A DNA stretch of 64,000 nucleotides from Kudoa neothunni (Eukaryota; Animalia; Cnidaria): the NCBI GenBank assembly GCA_964304625.1, contig OZ199838.1, forward strand, positions 3,918,705 to 3,982,704. Direction: 5' to 3'. The notes under the pieces are model-generated. The model saw only the letters and a list, made by a program, of their open reading frames with translations, was not told the DNA's origin and searched no databases. This document shows, one piece after another, positions 53,078 to 64,000 of the stretch (the stretch's first letter is position 1; every line of letters begins with the position of its first letter). Both the position numbers and the translations under genes were made by a program.

Positions 53078-55716
53078 CCCTCGAAATACCAGGAGTGGAC
53101 CACGCTGGTCCACGAGTGATAAAATTTTTAATATCTTTTTGCCTACATTTTTTAAACTTTTTTATGTATTCCAATTTTTCGATGTAAGTATGTTTTATGA
53201 CATTTTAAAATAATAGACCTGTAAATTTTGAGAATTTCTGTAAAAATAAATAAATAAAATTTACGTAAATATCTGAGATGGACCATTTCGGTCCACGTGT
53301 AATTGTTAACAAAATTAATATTCTGTATTATAATTACATCATTCTAAATTTAATGTTATATTTCATAAGAAATTAAAAATATTCTAAAACAGTTTAGGAC
53401 TAATTATTTATTTAAGCAAAGATATAAATTGAATTTATTTTATAACAAGCTTGCGCGCTCAACAAGAAATTTGCTTAAACAATGAATTCAGTCGAAGAAA
53501 ATATTATTTTTAAAACGATCATGAAAGTACTGACGATATATTATACATTTAAAGTGGTTTGGAGGGCTTGGATGGAATAATTAATCAGCCAGTCAACAAT
53601 GACGACGATGATGATGCTTACGATAGCGATGCGAGCATTGGAGGTATAATCCATGTCCTCTTTTTTGTCTCCAAAGATGGATAAAAATGTCATTAAACCT
53701 CAACTAGAGTTGAATGGAGTCTAACAACGGAAAATATTTATAACGTAAAAGCGGCATTTAGAAAAAAAGCGCCCTAGAATTACCAAACTCCCATGAGGGC
53801 TTTTTATAATTTTTTGACCAATAAATTTATTGAACGAGAAAAACCCAATGTCAAAACGATAAATATGGTCGAGTTGAAAGTTTTTTGTGACCTATCTTAT
53901 TAATTGGCGTAATGAATGGCAAAAATGAAAACATCCGAGAATTTTGGACTGACGAATATGGCCTTCAATCACTAATTGCAAAAATTAGAAGAAATCGCTT
54001 TGAAGATTTTTCAACCTGTCTCAGATTTGACAAGAGAAGAACGAGGGATAGAAAGGATGAACTTCCCCCATCAGATATATATTTGATGAGCTTATAAAAT
54101 ACGTATAAATAAAGTTACAACTTTCATTACAATTGACTGTCAATGAACAGATTGTCACATTTAGAGGTCGCTGCCCCTTCAAAATGTTCATTCCTTCTAA
54201 GTCTGGCAAGTATGGGATAAAAATATGGGCATTGTGTGATGCAAAAAAACGCATATCTATGCAATGCAAAGATGTATATTGGCAAGGAGAACGGTGTTGT
54301 CGAAACCAACCAAGGTGAAGATATGATAAAGGATCTAATTACACCTTAATTAAAAAAAGGTCGTAACGTTACAACGGACAATTTTTTTACCACATTGTCA
54401 CTTGAGCGATACTTTATATCTCAGAAAACAACAATTGTGGGGATTGTCCATAAAAATAAAAAATTTCTCAACCCTGAATTTCAAACATCGAAGGAAATAT
54501 CAAACGATGTGAAATTTTTATTTCAGGATAAATGTAACTTTGTAAAATACAATCCTAAGAAAAATAAATCCATGGTATTTTAAGTTCCACACATCGAGGT
54601 TGTGATATTGATCCTGAGTCAAAAAAACCAGAGATCATAAATTATTACAACCAAACTAAAGAAGGGGTGGGTACGCTTGACCAAATTGTCCGCTGCTATT
54701 CCACCGAAAGAGCCACCCGTCGTTGGCGATTTTCATTAACATCATCGATATAACCGCCTATAATGCATATCTTTTGTATGTTTATCGGAACCGGCAATTC
54801 AAAAATGCTCATAAAAAACAATCCCGATGAGAGTTTTTAAAAATGTTAATGGAAGAATTGCTGGGAAACGATGATATCAATTTTAAAACCATTCCAATAA
54901 AAAGGAAGGAACCTCTATCTGAAAGAGGTACATGCCATATTTTCTCAATAAACAAGAATAAAGCATGATAATTTGTTCAAGTTGCAACAAATTTGTCTGC
55001 GAAACTCAGAGTTAAAAATATAGAATGTGATGTGTGTAACAAAAAATAAAATATATTGTATTATTTATATATTTTATTTCATCATATTTATATCCGCACT
55101 TGAGATTTTTATGTTAAGTTTGATTATATCTGTAAAATATATATTCGTGTGATTTACCTATTTAGATTTTGGACAAAACGATAGGAATTAATGTCATTAT
55201 AATGAGATGATATAGATGGTTTGAAGATGTATTTCAGTTTCATGTTGTAAAATATTAAATTATTTTGTATTTTTTAAGTTAAATTGTCGTTTGTAGTCAT
55301 AAACCAAAACATCTATTGATTATGTTTATTATAATGGTTTTTTGCCAATAAATGAAAACATCATCCAAATTAAACCGCTAATTACAATCATAAAATAACA
55401 ATTTTGAAAATGATAAATTTATTTTAAATAAATAAATTATATGAACTAACATTATTTTGTTTTATTTTTACGATATTGATTTTATATAAGTTTATATTTA
55501 AAATTATTTATTTTTTTAATGCGCGCATCTAAAAAAATTTGATTTTAAGGTTTTAATCAAAGTTTTTTTTTGTAACCTAAAACCTAGCTATTGGATTATT
55601 TTATTTATCATTATAATTAAATAGGTTCAACTAAAATTATGCTATGATTAAATTGCATAGGACCACAGCGATCCTCTTCAGGCATTCGTGTAACTTTTTT
55701 GCCAGGTATTCGGAGG
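53078..55716 (+). mobile_element. Decayed piggyBac (PGBD4-like) element with transposase remnants ~53480-55045
   Basis: TTAA TSDs; TIR CCCTCGAAATACC / GGTATTCGGAGG; subterminal GTGGACCACGCTGGTCCAC. Fragments TVNEQIVTFRGRCPFKMFIPSKSGKYGIKIW, NVTTDNFF, YYNQTKEGVGTLDQ. Confidence 0.92.
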
Positions 55717-55723
55717 TTAAATA

Positions 55724-57707
55724 CAGTCGAGATTGGATATAGCGTGGCTGGATATTGCGTGATTCCAAAATTTCTAGATTTCGTTCTTTTTAGAGAGAAA
55801 CCTAGTTTTTTAGTATTATTATTATTTTATCATTTTGTAAACATTGTAAACATTGAAAACTAAGAAAATTTTGTATTTATATATAGTCTCGTTATTGCGT
55901 GGTTTCATTAACCCATCTATTTAAAAATATAAGTGCTTTCTCCACTATGTCCCCTTATAAACGTAATAAATAGGAGAAAACAGAAATCATTGATTGTTAT
56001 TATTCGATAAAAATATTAAAATTCGTCGAAAAGGTGACAATTTCTAAGTTTAAATTGAGTGATATGGTGATCTATGTTGAATATTAAAACATTGTCACGT
56101 TTAAGGTCATTTAAAAATTGATAGAATTTGTTCACACGAAGATAAATTCAACATTATGGATATTGAAAATAAAAGGAGGGAACATTTTTCGGGGAAATTA
56201 AAAATATAGATGGTGAGCGGTATGATTGGATCGTTACGCAATGGTCGAATGATAATGTTCTGCTGAGATATGTTATTATCGAAATTGCTTTATAAATTGC
56301 AAATGAACAAGAAATTTCCAATTTAAAGTCTAGTTAAGGGTGGTTTTTAGATTCCACGTCTAAATATGGGATGACTTTCAAAATGTTTAATGGTGAGGTG
56401 CGAATACAGATATTTCATCAATTGACTCGCGGACTGTTGAAAACAATAAATTGGTTAGGCATATAATCCTAAAGACGTTATAAACATTAATGAAACTTCC
56501 CTTCTTTTGTGAGCAGTTACAAAACGTTAGTTATGTTTTAAAGGATGAAGTCGGAATATAAGGGGCAAAATATCCAGAAAAAAGTGAATGTTTTATTGTC
56601 GCTTTTTTTTGTAAATGATGGTAAACTCCCATCTGTTTAAATGGTAAATTTCAAAATCCTTGGTGTTTTAACTGATTCAAACATCTACCGCATGGATATT
56701 ATTCAGAAAACACACAGACGATGTGTAGTAGATTTATAAACATAATTAGAAAGTTGAACCAAAGAATGATAGATGAGAACAGAAAAGTTTTAGTTTTGTT
56801 GGATCAATATCCTTTTCATCCCAAAAAATTTTGATTTCTTTAAAATATCGAAATTGTTTTCCTACCAAAAAAACAACTAATATTCTACAAATCTTAATTT
56901 AAGCATCATCAAATGCATTAGAAATTAAGGCAGGAATACACTGGCTAAGCACACGGTTTTATGTGAAGCTTTTATCATCGAAAAATAACCATTACTAAAC
57001 TCAATCATGCCATTAATTAAATGATGGGAGAGTATTACGCCAGAAATTATGTTTAATTGTTTTAATAATCAAAAATGCTTGGTAGTAACATATAAAACTG
57101 TAATAAACAAGTTGAATCAGTTTATAGAACAAGAAGATTTAAGAAAGATATCCCGAGTCAGAAACAGTTCACAAAGCAATTTTTTTATGTATACATAATT
57201 GTTCTTATTAAATGAATTTGAAGTTTACGAAATTATACTTGACGATGATAACGCTGCAACATGTGAGAATCAAAATCGTGCAGACTTATTGCCCACAATG
57301 ATTAATCTGAGGATATCGAACCAATTATTAAAGAAGTCAAAGGTTTAATAAAATAAATAAAAAAATATGGTTAACATTTTAATGAAAGTTTTAATTCAAG
57401 AGGTTCCATCAATATTGTTTGATTCATATCTCACAATGGACAAAATTTAAAAAATATCAATAGAAAGATTTCGATATACAAAAATCACAAGATTTTTAGA
57501 CAAAATTTAATAACTCTTCCTTATTTAATCTCTATGTTATCTTTGTTTTAATAAGGTTTGTCTGTAGGAATAATCATCGAACGTAAACACAAGAAAATCG
57601 TATTTTACAATATGACGCGCACGCATGAAACTGGATATTGCGTAAAAACTTTTTATTGCGTGGTTTCTTCCTGGTCACAAAAACCACACAATATCCGATC
57701 TCGATTG
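55724..57707 (+). mobile_element. Decayed Tigger/pogo element
   Basis: TA|CAGTCGAGATTGGATAT ... ATATCCGATCTCGATTG|TA. Remnants FKV..GWF (CENP-B HTH), KDVININETSL, KVLVLLDQYPFHP, IVFLPK. Confidence 0.85.
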
Positions 57708-58259
57708 TAGTATATTTTTATAGTATATCATGCTATAAACAAAAATAATCAATAAAGTTTAATAGGTAACTATAATTTTAAATTTCCCGAAGGCATTTAA
57801 TGACTTTAGCTATCATGTTACTTTCATAAAACGTTGCTAATAATTTTATTACAGGGATTATGCCGAAATTTATTTTTCTTAAATCGTAATATTTTATCAG
57901 GCTTATATAAAGTGACTCAATATATGCTTTAAATACTAATTTAAAATTATTGTTTAACTAATATAATTAAAATGTGGATAATTTTAAAAAATTTTATAAA
58001 AGAGAAATAAGCGAATATATTTTTGGCAATCCACATTATTTTGACGCGTAAATTACGCGTTTTTATGACTAATTATCAACTATATGTAAGTTAAATAATA
58101 CAATATTTTAAAACCAGATTGCATGTTTTGCAATAAAATGAACCTTTTCGTTATAATTTTAATTTTCAAACGCATTATCAACTGTTTATGATCAAAGATA
58201 TTTTGAAAAATATTTTATAAATTTTTGTAATAATAATTTAAAAATAGCCACAGTAATCA

Positions 58260-58860
58260 TATCGGCTACGCCGATCATGTATTTTTCCAATTTACGTTGA
58301 TTTTTTGGGGTTGAAACACGGACATTATACATCCAATAATAAAATAAATTAACAATAAGATTAAAGAATGGCGATTACGATGGAAAAAATAAAACAATAT
58401 ATCCTTCTTCAGATGTAGAATCTCAAATAATTGTTGATTAATGGAAGGAACATTATCCATTATTATTATTATTAAAGGGTCGTCGACACGTAATTTTGTC
58501 GCAAATCTTTTTAACAAGCTAAAATACGATTTTCGGAAAACCGTGCGTTCAAACTTCCGTGCTCAATATTAAGTGTCTATAATTATTTTGAACCCATCGC
58601 AGTAATTAGAGACTCACTGTTATAACGAATAGATTTCAATTTTAAATTAGTTCGCATTCCACGAGCTGATTTGCCAAAATTTCATCTCAATAGCAAGAGA
58701 AATCTTGCCTCATCCGATAACATTAGTTCTTGGTGTTTTTTAGGTCTCGATAATTTCATTACGTCTTAATATAAATGATAAAACAGTTTTAAAAGGGATC
58801 TTATTCGTATATTTTCAATGCCATTACGAACTTGAGGTATCACAGAAATACCCTTTTTTG
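58260..58860 (-). pseudogene. Tc1/IS630-type (DDE_3) transposase remnant
   Basis: IIIMDNVPS followed by a frameshifted F-P-SPFFNLI motif (cf. LPPYSPFLNPIE). Confidence 0.55.
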
Positions 58861-59071
58861 AATATTGAAAATCGTTAATTGCTTTGTTAATTCATTTCTT
58901 GGACTTAAAAATATTTAGTTTTACTCAGAATTTCTCGCAAATAGCTTCGAGAGATATTGTAAAGTTATTACGGGTTAATTTTTTTATTATGGTCTATATG
59001 ATCATCTATAAGTTATGATTGTCGATTGTCACCTTGATTAGAGTAAAACTCCCCGTTTAATAATTTATATA

Positions 59072-60225
59072 TCTACTATCGTAATATATAAAGCTAAAGT
59101 GTCCGTGTGGGTAATGTCAGCAAGGACGCATGTGCGTCAAAATTTTTTCCGTATAGAGAGACATATATGAAATTTTTTAAAAATCGAGATGTTTCGAAAA
59201 ATCTTTAAATCGTTTTAACACATCCAAATGTTCCAAAAAGTGTTTAGAAAATAGTGATTTCGTCGATTCAAAATTTGTTAAACGGATTACCCGGTTACAT
59301 CAATAAGATTAACGCCTGCTCATGTCATCTCAATGGTTGGTTGAAGTTAACTTTCCTCCTTATATGCCCTATCAAATGTAAACTCAGCGATTGACTCTGG
59401 CTTTTTTATATAATATTAGCCTACTCCTTTTAGTGTTAATGCTAATATACTCTTTATGTCGGGAGTTTTAACGTATTTAACTTGATAAACACATTTTGAA
59501 AGTTCTACTAATGGTTTTAGATACGATAAAAAATCTATATGTTTCATAAATAACGAATTGGTAGGAAACGTTAAAATTACATTGATTGAAGCATTATAAT
59601 GGAAATATTGCGTCTGTAGATTTAATTGAAATCGTCCGCTAAGTTTAACTTTCAGTGATTAAATTCAATGCAGATGGTTGAACTTTTATTTAAATTATCT
59701 TTGTTGATATTGACTCGATTTATATGTATTTTCGAAAAAGAGCGCAATAAAGTTTATGCCGGGCCAAGAGATATTAATTTGAGTAGTAAAAATCAATTTC
59801 CGTAAGTTTTCTTCTGTCTCTATATTTTTTATACCCCCATAAAACATGGCAAGATCATTCTGATCCGGACCAGGGACCAGGACTCGGTTTTGATAACTCT
59901 CGGTTTAAAAAATAACGTTTTAGATAACACTTTAAGGTAATTTACATAATTCGGAAATGCAGGAAAATATGACGCGGACCTCAAATTATTTAGCGTTGGT
60001 GTCGGCTCACGATATTGCAAATTGAACGCCGGGATTATTACATCCCCGCACAGAAATGATCAGAATTAAAATTTCTGAATCAAAATCGTTGAAAGTATGA
60101 TGCTTAAATTTTGTAATTATACTTGATCTATGGGTTAATTTGAAACCTAAATACATTTTTGAATATTAATAAGAAACGTATCTATGCGAAATCTTCCCCA
60201 AGCAGCGCTGGGCAATTCCCGCTAG
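59072..60225 (+). mobile_element. Non-autonomous Helitron
   Basis: A|TCTACTATCGTAATATATAAAGCTAAAGTGTCCGTGTG 5' end (shares motif with the 31809 element); 3' hairpin CCCAAGCAGCGCTGGG then CTAG|T. Confidence 0.8.
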
Positions 60226-60350
60226 TTTTTATTAAATACATATGATAAGTATAACAATTAGACGGATTAAACAATTTTAACTGTTATAAAAAATGAAAAA
60301 GTCCTGGGATAAAAATGACCCCAGTTGGTTCTTCGCGTAAGTTTTTCTAA

Positions 60351-61562
60351 CCCTTCCCGTACTGCGCCAAAAAATACGCGTGGTCGGTCCGACGCGGGAT
60401 ACCTGTCGTACCCCAGAAAAAATATGCCTTAGTCAACTTTAAATCCTTCGACGTCTGCATGATTTAAACTATCATGAACACATACATTAATAGATGTTAA
60501 CATAGAAAATTGTTTTAGCATCTGTAATAAATAAAACAGCAATATTGCAAATACAATAAAGTGTAGCTACAAGAGCGTGCAGCCGACTAATTCCCCCATT
60601 TTCAACCAAAAAATAATGATTTAAATCATATGAATTAATAAATATGGTCGAAACATATGAATACATCATTATTAGCAATTATTGATGCTCACGAGAAACA
60701 TCACAATTTTCTCGCCCTCCGTTTTTTATCAGTATAATTGGATTAAGTTTCCCGCCTAGTTAGATCTACTTGTGCGTGAGTATTATAGCTAATTGCGGAA
60801 ATCGAGTCGGTTTTGTCTATGGAATCTACATCTATTTGAAAATGAATGGGGGTTAAATAGACGATAATAATAGTAACAACAATAGGCTGAACTTTATGGT
60901 AATTGTGAAGCATGTGGGCATCCCACTTTTAGCTTTTTTTACAGTTTTTTTTTCATCAGAATTGTCTCAAAAACCTTATTTGCTCTTTTCATCTGGAGGG
61001 AATTAAAATTTTAAAAATAAATTTTTCGTCTAATCTCATACATGACGGTGTAATAAATCTAATAATCTTCATTATGCGTTGAAGGATTAAGGAGCCTGTA
61101 CAAGATGAGATCCCAACGATTTACTTAATTTTTTTAATTCAAGACAAGAAATCACCCCGACAAATGAAAAATTTATACCAATTAGGAATGCGTGCAAACC
61201 TCCAGATTAGTAAAGTATTATCGAATTAACTTTCGTAAATACCCAACCAGTTTTTCTTTGTCGAAAACATGCCTTTCCCAGTTAGTTATATTGGAATTTG
61301 AATCATTAAATGATGTTAAAGTATATTTTAAATAGAGATACAAGTCAGTGATACATTATTGAAGAAATAATTATCTCTCGATTTTTAGTAGTGTATAATT
61401 TAGTTTATAAAATTTAGAATACAATTTTTTTGTTTAAATGGAAGCCTTATAAGTTTGCAGGAGCATTCTAAAAGTTCTACAGCAAAAAAATTCTCGTGCT
61501 TTGAGTAAAACAAAAAATGTTTCTTTTGGGGTATGGCAAATACCCAACCCAAGCAGGAAGGG
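60351..61562 (-). mobile_element. Internally deleted piggyBac element
   Basis: CTAA|CCCTTCCCG ... CAGGAAGGG|TTAA; subterminal GGGATACCTGTCGTACCCC and GGGTATGGCAAATACCC; minus-strand Cys-rich remnant TLYCICNIA. Confidence 0.7.
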
Positions 61563-62170
61563 TTAAGAATTCTTACAAATCTTGAGAACGAAGTATACGA
61601 TATACGGAAAATTATTAAACAGTCCAAAATAACAGTTTTTTTTCAAACGTTAGAATATAAATATTGTCTAGTTTATTATATTGCATCACATCTTTATCCA
61701 TATATATCTTCTCGACGATTAAAGGTTAAAATTTTACTTCTGAGTGTTTAAAATATAATATTTAAATGGTGGCCGCACACGCACAAACGCGTGTAACATT
61801 GGTTCTGGAGAAATTTTACGCACTTTTTATAGTCTAGGAGGAATTGTGCAAAATCGATTGCCTGCTATATAAGTTTTATCCATTACATTAGTATTTTTGG
61901 TTTCACCGCGAATGCGAAAACATATAAGAAATCGCTTAAATAACTTAAAGTAACGGTAATTCAAATTAGATATTTATAATAATTAATGTCTGAATATATA
62001 TTGGATAAAATAAAGGAAACAACGAGAATAAATAAATGATTCCGCATATTTCTTTGTGAATTAAACGTGAATGCGAATATCTACCAATGATACGAAGAAT
62101 TTTTAATTTTGATAGAATCATTTTGAGGATTAAAGTTGAATATGATCTAATGTGTGGAAGTAGTGAAGGT

Positions 62171-63272
62171 TTATGTGTTCATCAGAAAGCATTGATGACA
62201 GACGCACGAAAGCAGGACAAAAAACTAGAAAAAATATTAACAAATATAGAAGTATCTTTAATACAACTCATACTGAAAATGCAAATATTCCACCAAAACA
62301 TCCAATTATTATCACGAAATTGGAAACGAGAAATTTTTTGAATGAATCAGCACAGTGTGTATGAATAGCGGTATTTCTATCGTTACAGTCTATGAGTTCT
62401 CGAGGCCCACCCCTAGTTAGGTCATTCTGAGGCATTTGCTGGATGGCAGTATTCACAGCACTTTCAATTTTATCTTGTAATAAATATAAATCGATTACAT
62501 AGATAGCATCATATTAAATGTATCCCAAATATTTTTGTTTAAATTGAAATTATCAATAAAGACGCGGGCTGCTTACCTCTAATACCATCAAGTTGGCCGG
62601 AAAATCCAGCCGCTGAAGTAACTGCTTGTATCTTTTTGAGATTCTTTAAAATTGAGAACATGCGCTTGAAATCACTTGTAAACATGTCAGTTAGTCGACA
62701 ACACTGAAACTAATACAATGTGTTTAAATAAAGATGTTCCAATAATTATTACTTCCTGTCTTAAATTTTCAACTTCGTTTTCATCCCCCGTGAATTTATT
62801 AACCGTAAGTAACAGGCCATCTTCAACACAAATATCTGCCCCTTGGATTATCTAACACAGATGTTTATTTAAAATTTGACAAAATAAAAAAAACAATTAC
62901 CTCTTCTCGTTTTAACCAAGATAGAACTAATAATCCACCCGAGGCTAGTACTACCGCAAATGAAATTACCAGAAATATAACCCCACACACACCAGGCGAA
63001 TTGATGCAGGTAGAAGTTGTAACTAATGCCATTTGTAGTATAATAACAGCGCCAATAATAATAAAAATGGCTCCAATTGGCAATTTTAGTTCATTTTGAC
63101 ATGAGTTACTCATGAATACTTGTAGAATAATACCAAAAATCATTATACTCAATCCCTTTAACTAATAAACATAAAAATTGCATTAATATTGTTAGAAACA
63201 AATAGTCAAATTTTCAATTACTTTTAGTATTATTGCTATAATTATAAATATCACCTGTAAGCAACACCACAT
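62171..63272 (-). CDS. Atypical tetraspanin C (6 exons, intact ORF; CCG->CCR, enlarged EC2)
   Basis: Exons 63272-63222, 63161-62901, 62851-62753, 62709-62577, 62474-62274, 62224-62171. MWCCLQVIF..SCQNELKL..SGGLLVLSWLKREE|IIQGADICVED..RQE|FQCCRL...|..LIDC..THCADSF..|FFVLLSCVCHQCFLMNT*. Confidence 0.8.
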
Positions 63273-64000
63273 CACGAATAATAACAAATAATGATATTTT
63301 AAATCAGCGCAGATTTATCTGATTATTTAACATAGTTTTTATTATAAAATATCTCGTCGTATCAGTTATCAGCACTGATCATTATTTTCATGTATAAATA
63401 GTAATGAACTGGATGAAAAATTAAATAAGGTAATGTCTTTAAAAAGTGTGATTACAATTAATTAAAATATTTATTTTTATTCTATTTAATAGTTTTTAAG
63501 ATAGCTAAAAAATATTTTTATTAATAGAGTAATCTTATTTAAAAGCTAAAGTATAATTATTAATTTATAAACTCCGAAGTTGTCTTTAAAAAATTAGAAA
63601 AAGTTGATTTAATTGTATGTTTATTATGATGAGTATTCTATTATCGAATTTATGCTATACGAGAGGGTGTACAACACTAAGTCGCATGCTCATATTATTA
63701 AACTCATAATTTAAATTTTTTCCTTCCATTATCAAATTCTCTAATTCAGTTATTAGAAATATAAATATGGGTTAAAATGTAGAATAATTACCGTAATCTA
63801 ATTCAGTGATTAAGATAAAAACCGACTTTGTTGATTATTTTAATTTTTAGTATTTATCACTGTTCCATCACCAGTAGGTACTTTCGGCACTCTGTTTGTT
63901 ATCAAAAATAGTTGTTGTGATTAATAATATATTTAACTGCTACTGCTTCGCAGTTATTTCGCAGGTTATACTATTTAATCAATGGAGTAAAGTATGTTTT

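Noticed and set aside
41915-63272. ~10.6-kb periodicity of tetraspanin starts as a designed spacing
   Set aside because: Only two intervals, filled by independent TE insertions; coincidence is sufficient.

Overview
AT-rich eukaryotic (metazoan-type) nuclear DNA with short GT-AG introns (mostly ~40-130 nt). I assembled nine spliced host genes by hand: TBC1D16-like Rab-GAP (+), a MARVEL/CMTM-like 4-TM protein (-), PUS1 (+), PLK1 (+), a GABARAPL2-type ATG8 (+), an EndoG/EXOG-family nuclease (-), and three divergent tetraspanin paralogues (-) about 10 kb apart. The DNA between genes is packed with decayed, often nested DNA transposons and MITEs: piggyBac, Buster-type hAT, MULE, Tigger/pogo, Tc1, Merlin, Helitron, and possibly Transib and Ginger. 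Divergent proteins, tiny introns and AT richness would fit a fast-evolving parasite such as a myxozoan, but that is unverified inference. The most interesting candidate is the tetraspanin trio. All three share an unusual Cys in EC1 and a Cys in EC2 helix A (a possible EC1-EC2 disulfide), and one has CCG changed to CCR plus a large EC2 insertion. Four host genes need single-base +1 corrections, most likely long-read consensus errors. Exon coordinates were read manually and may be off by a few bases.
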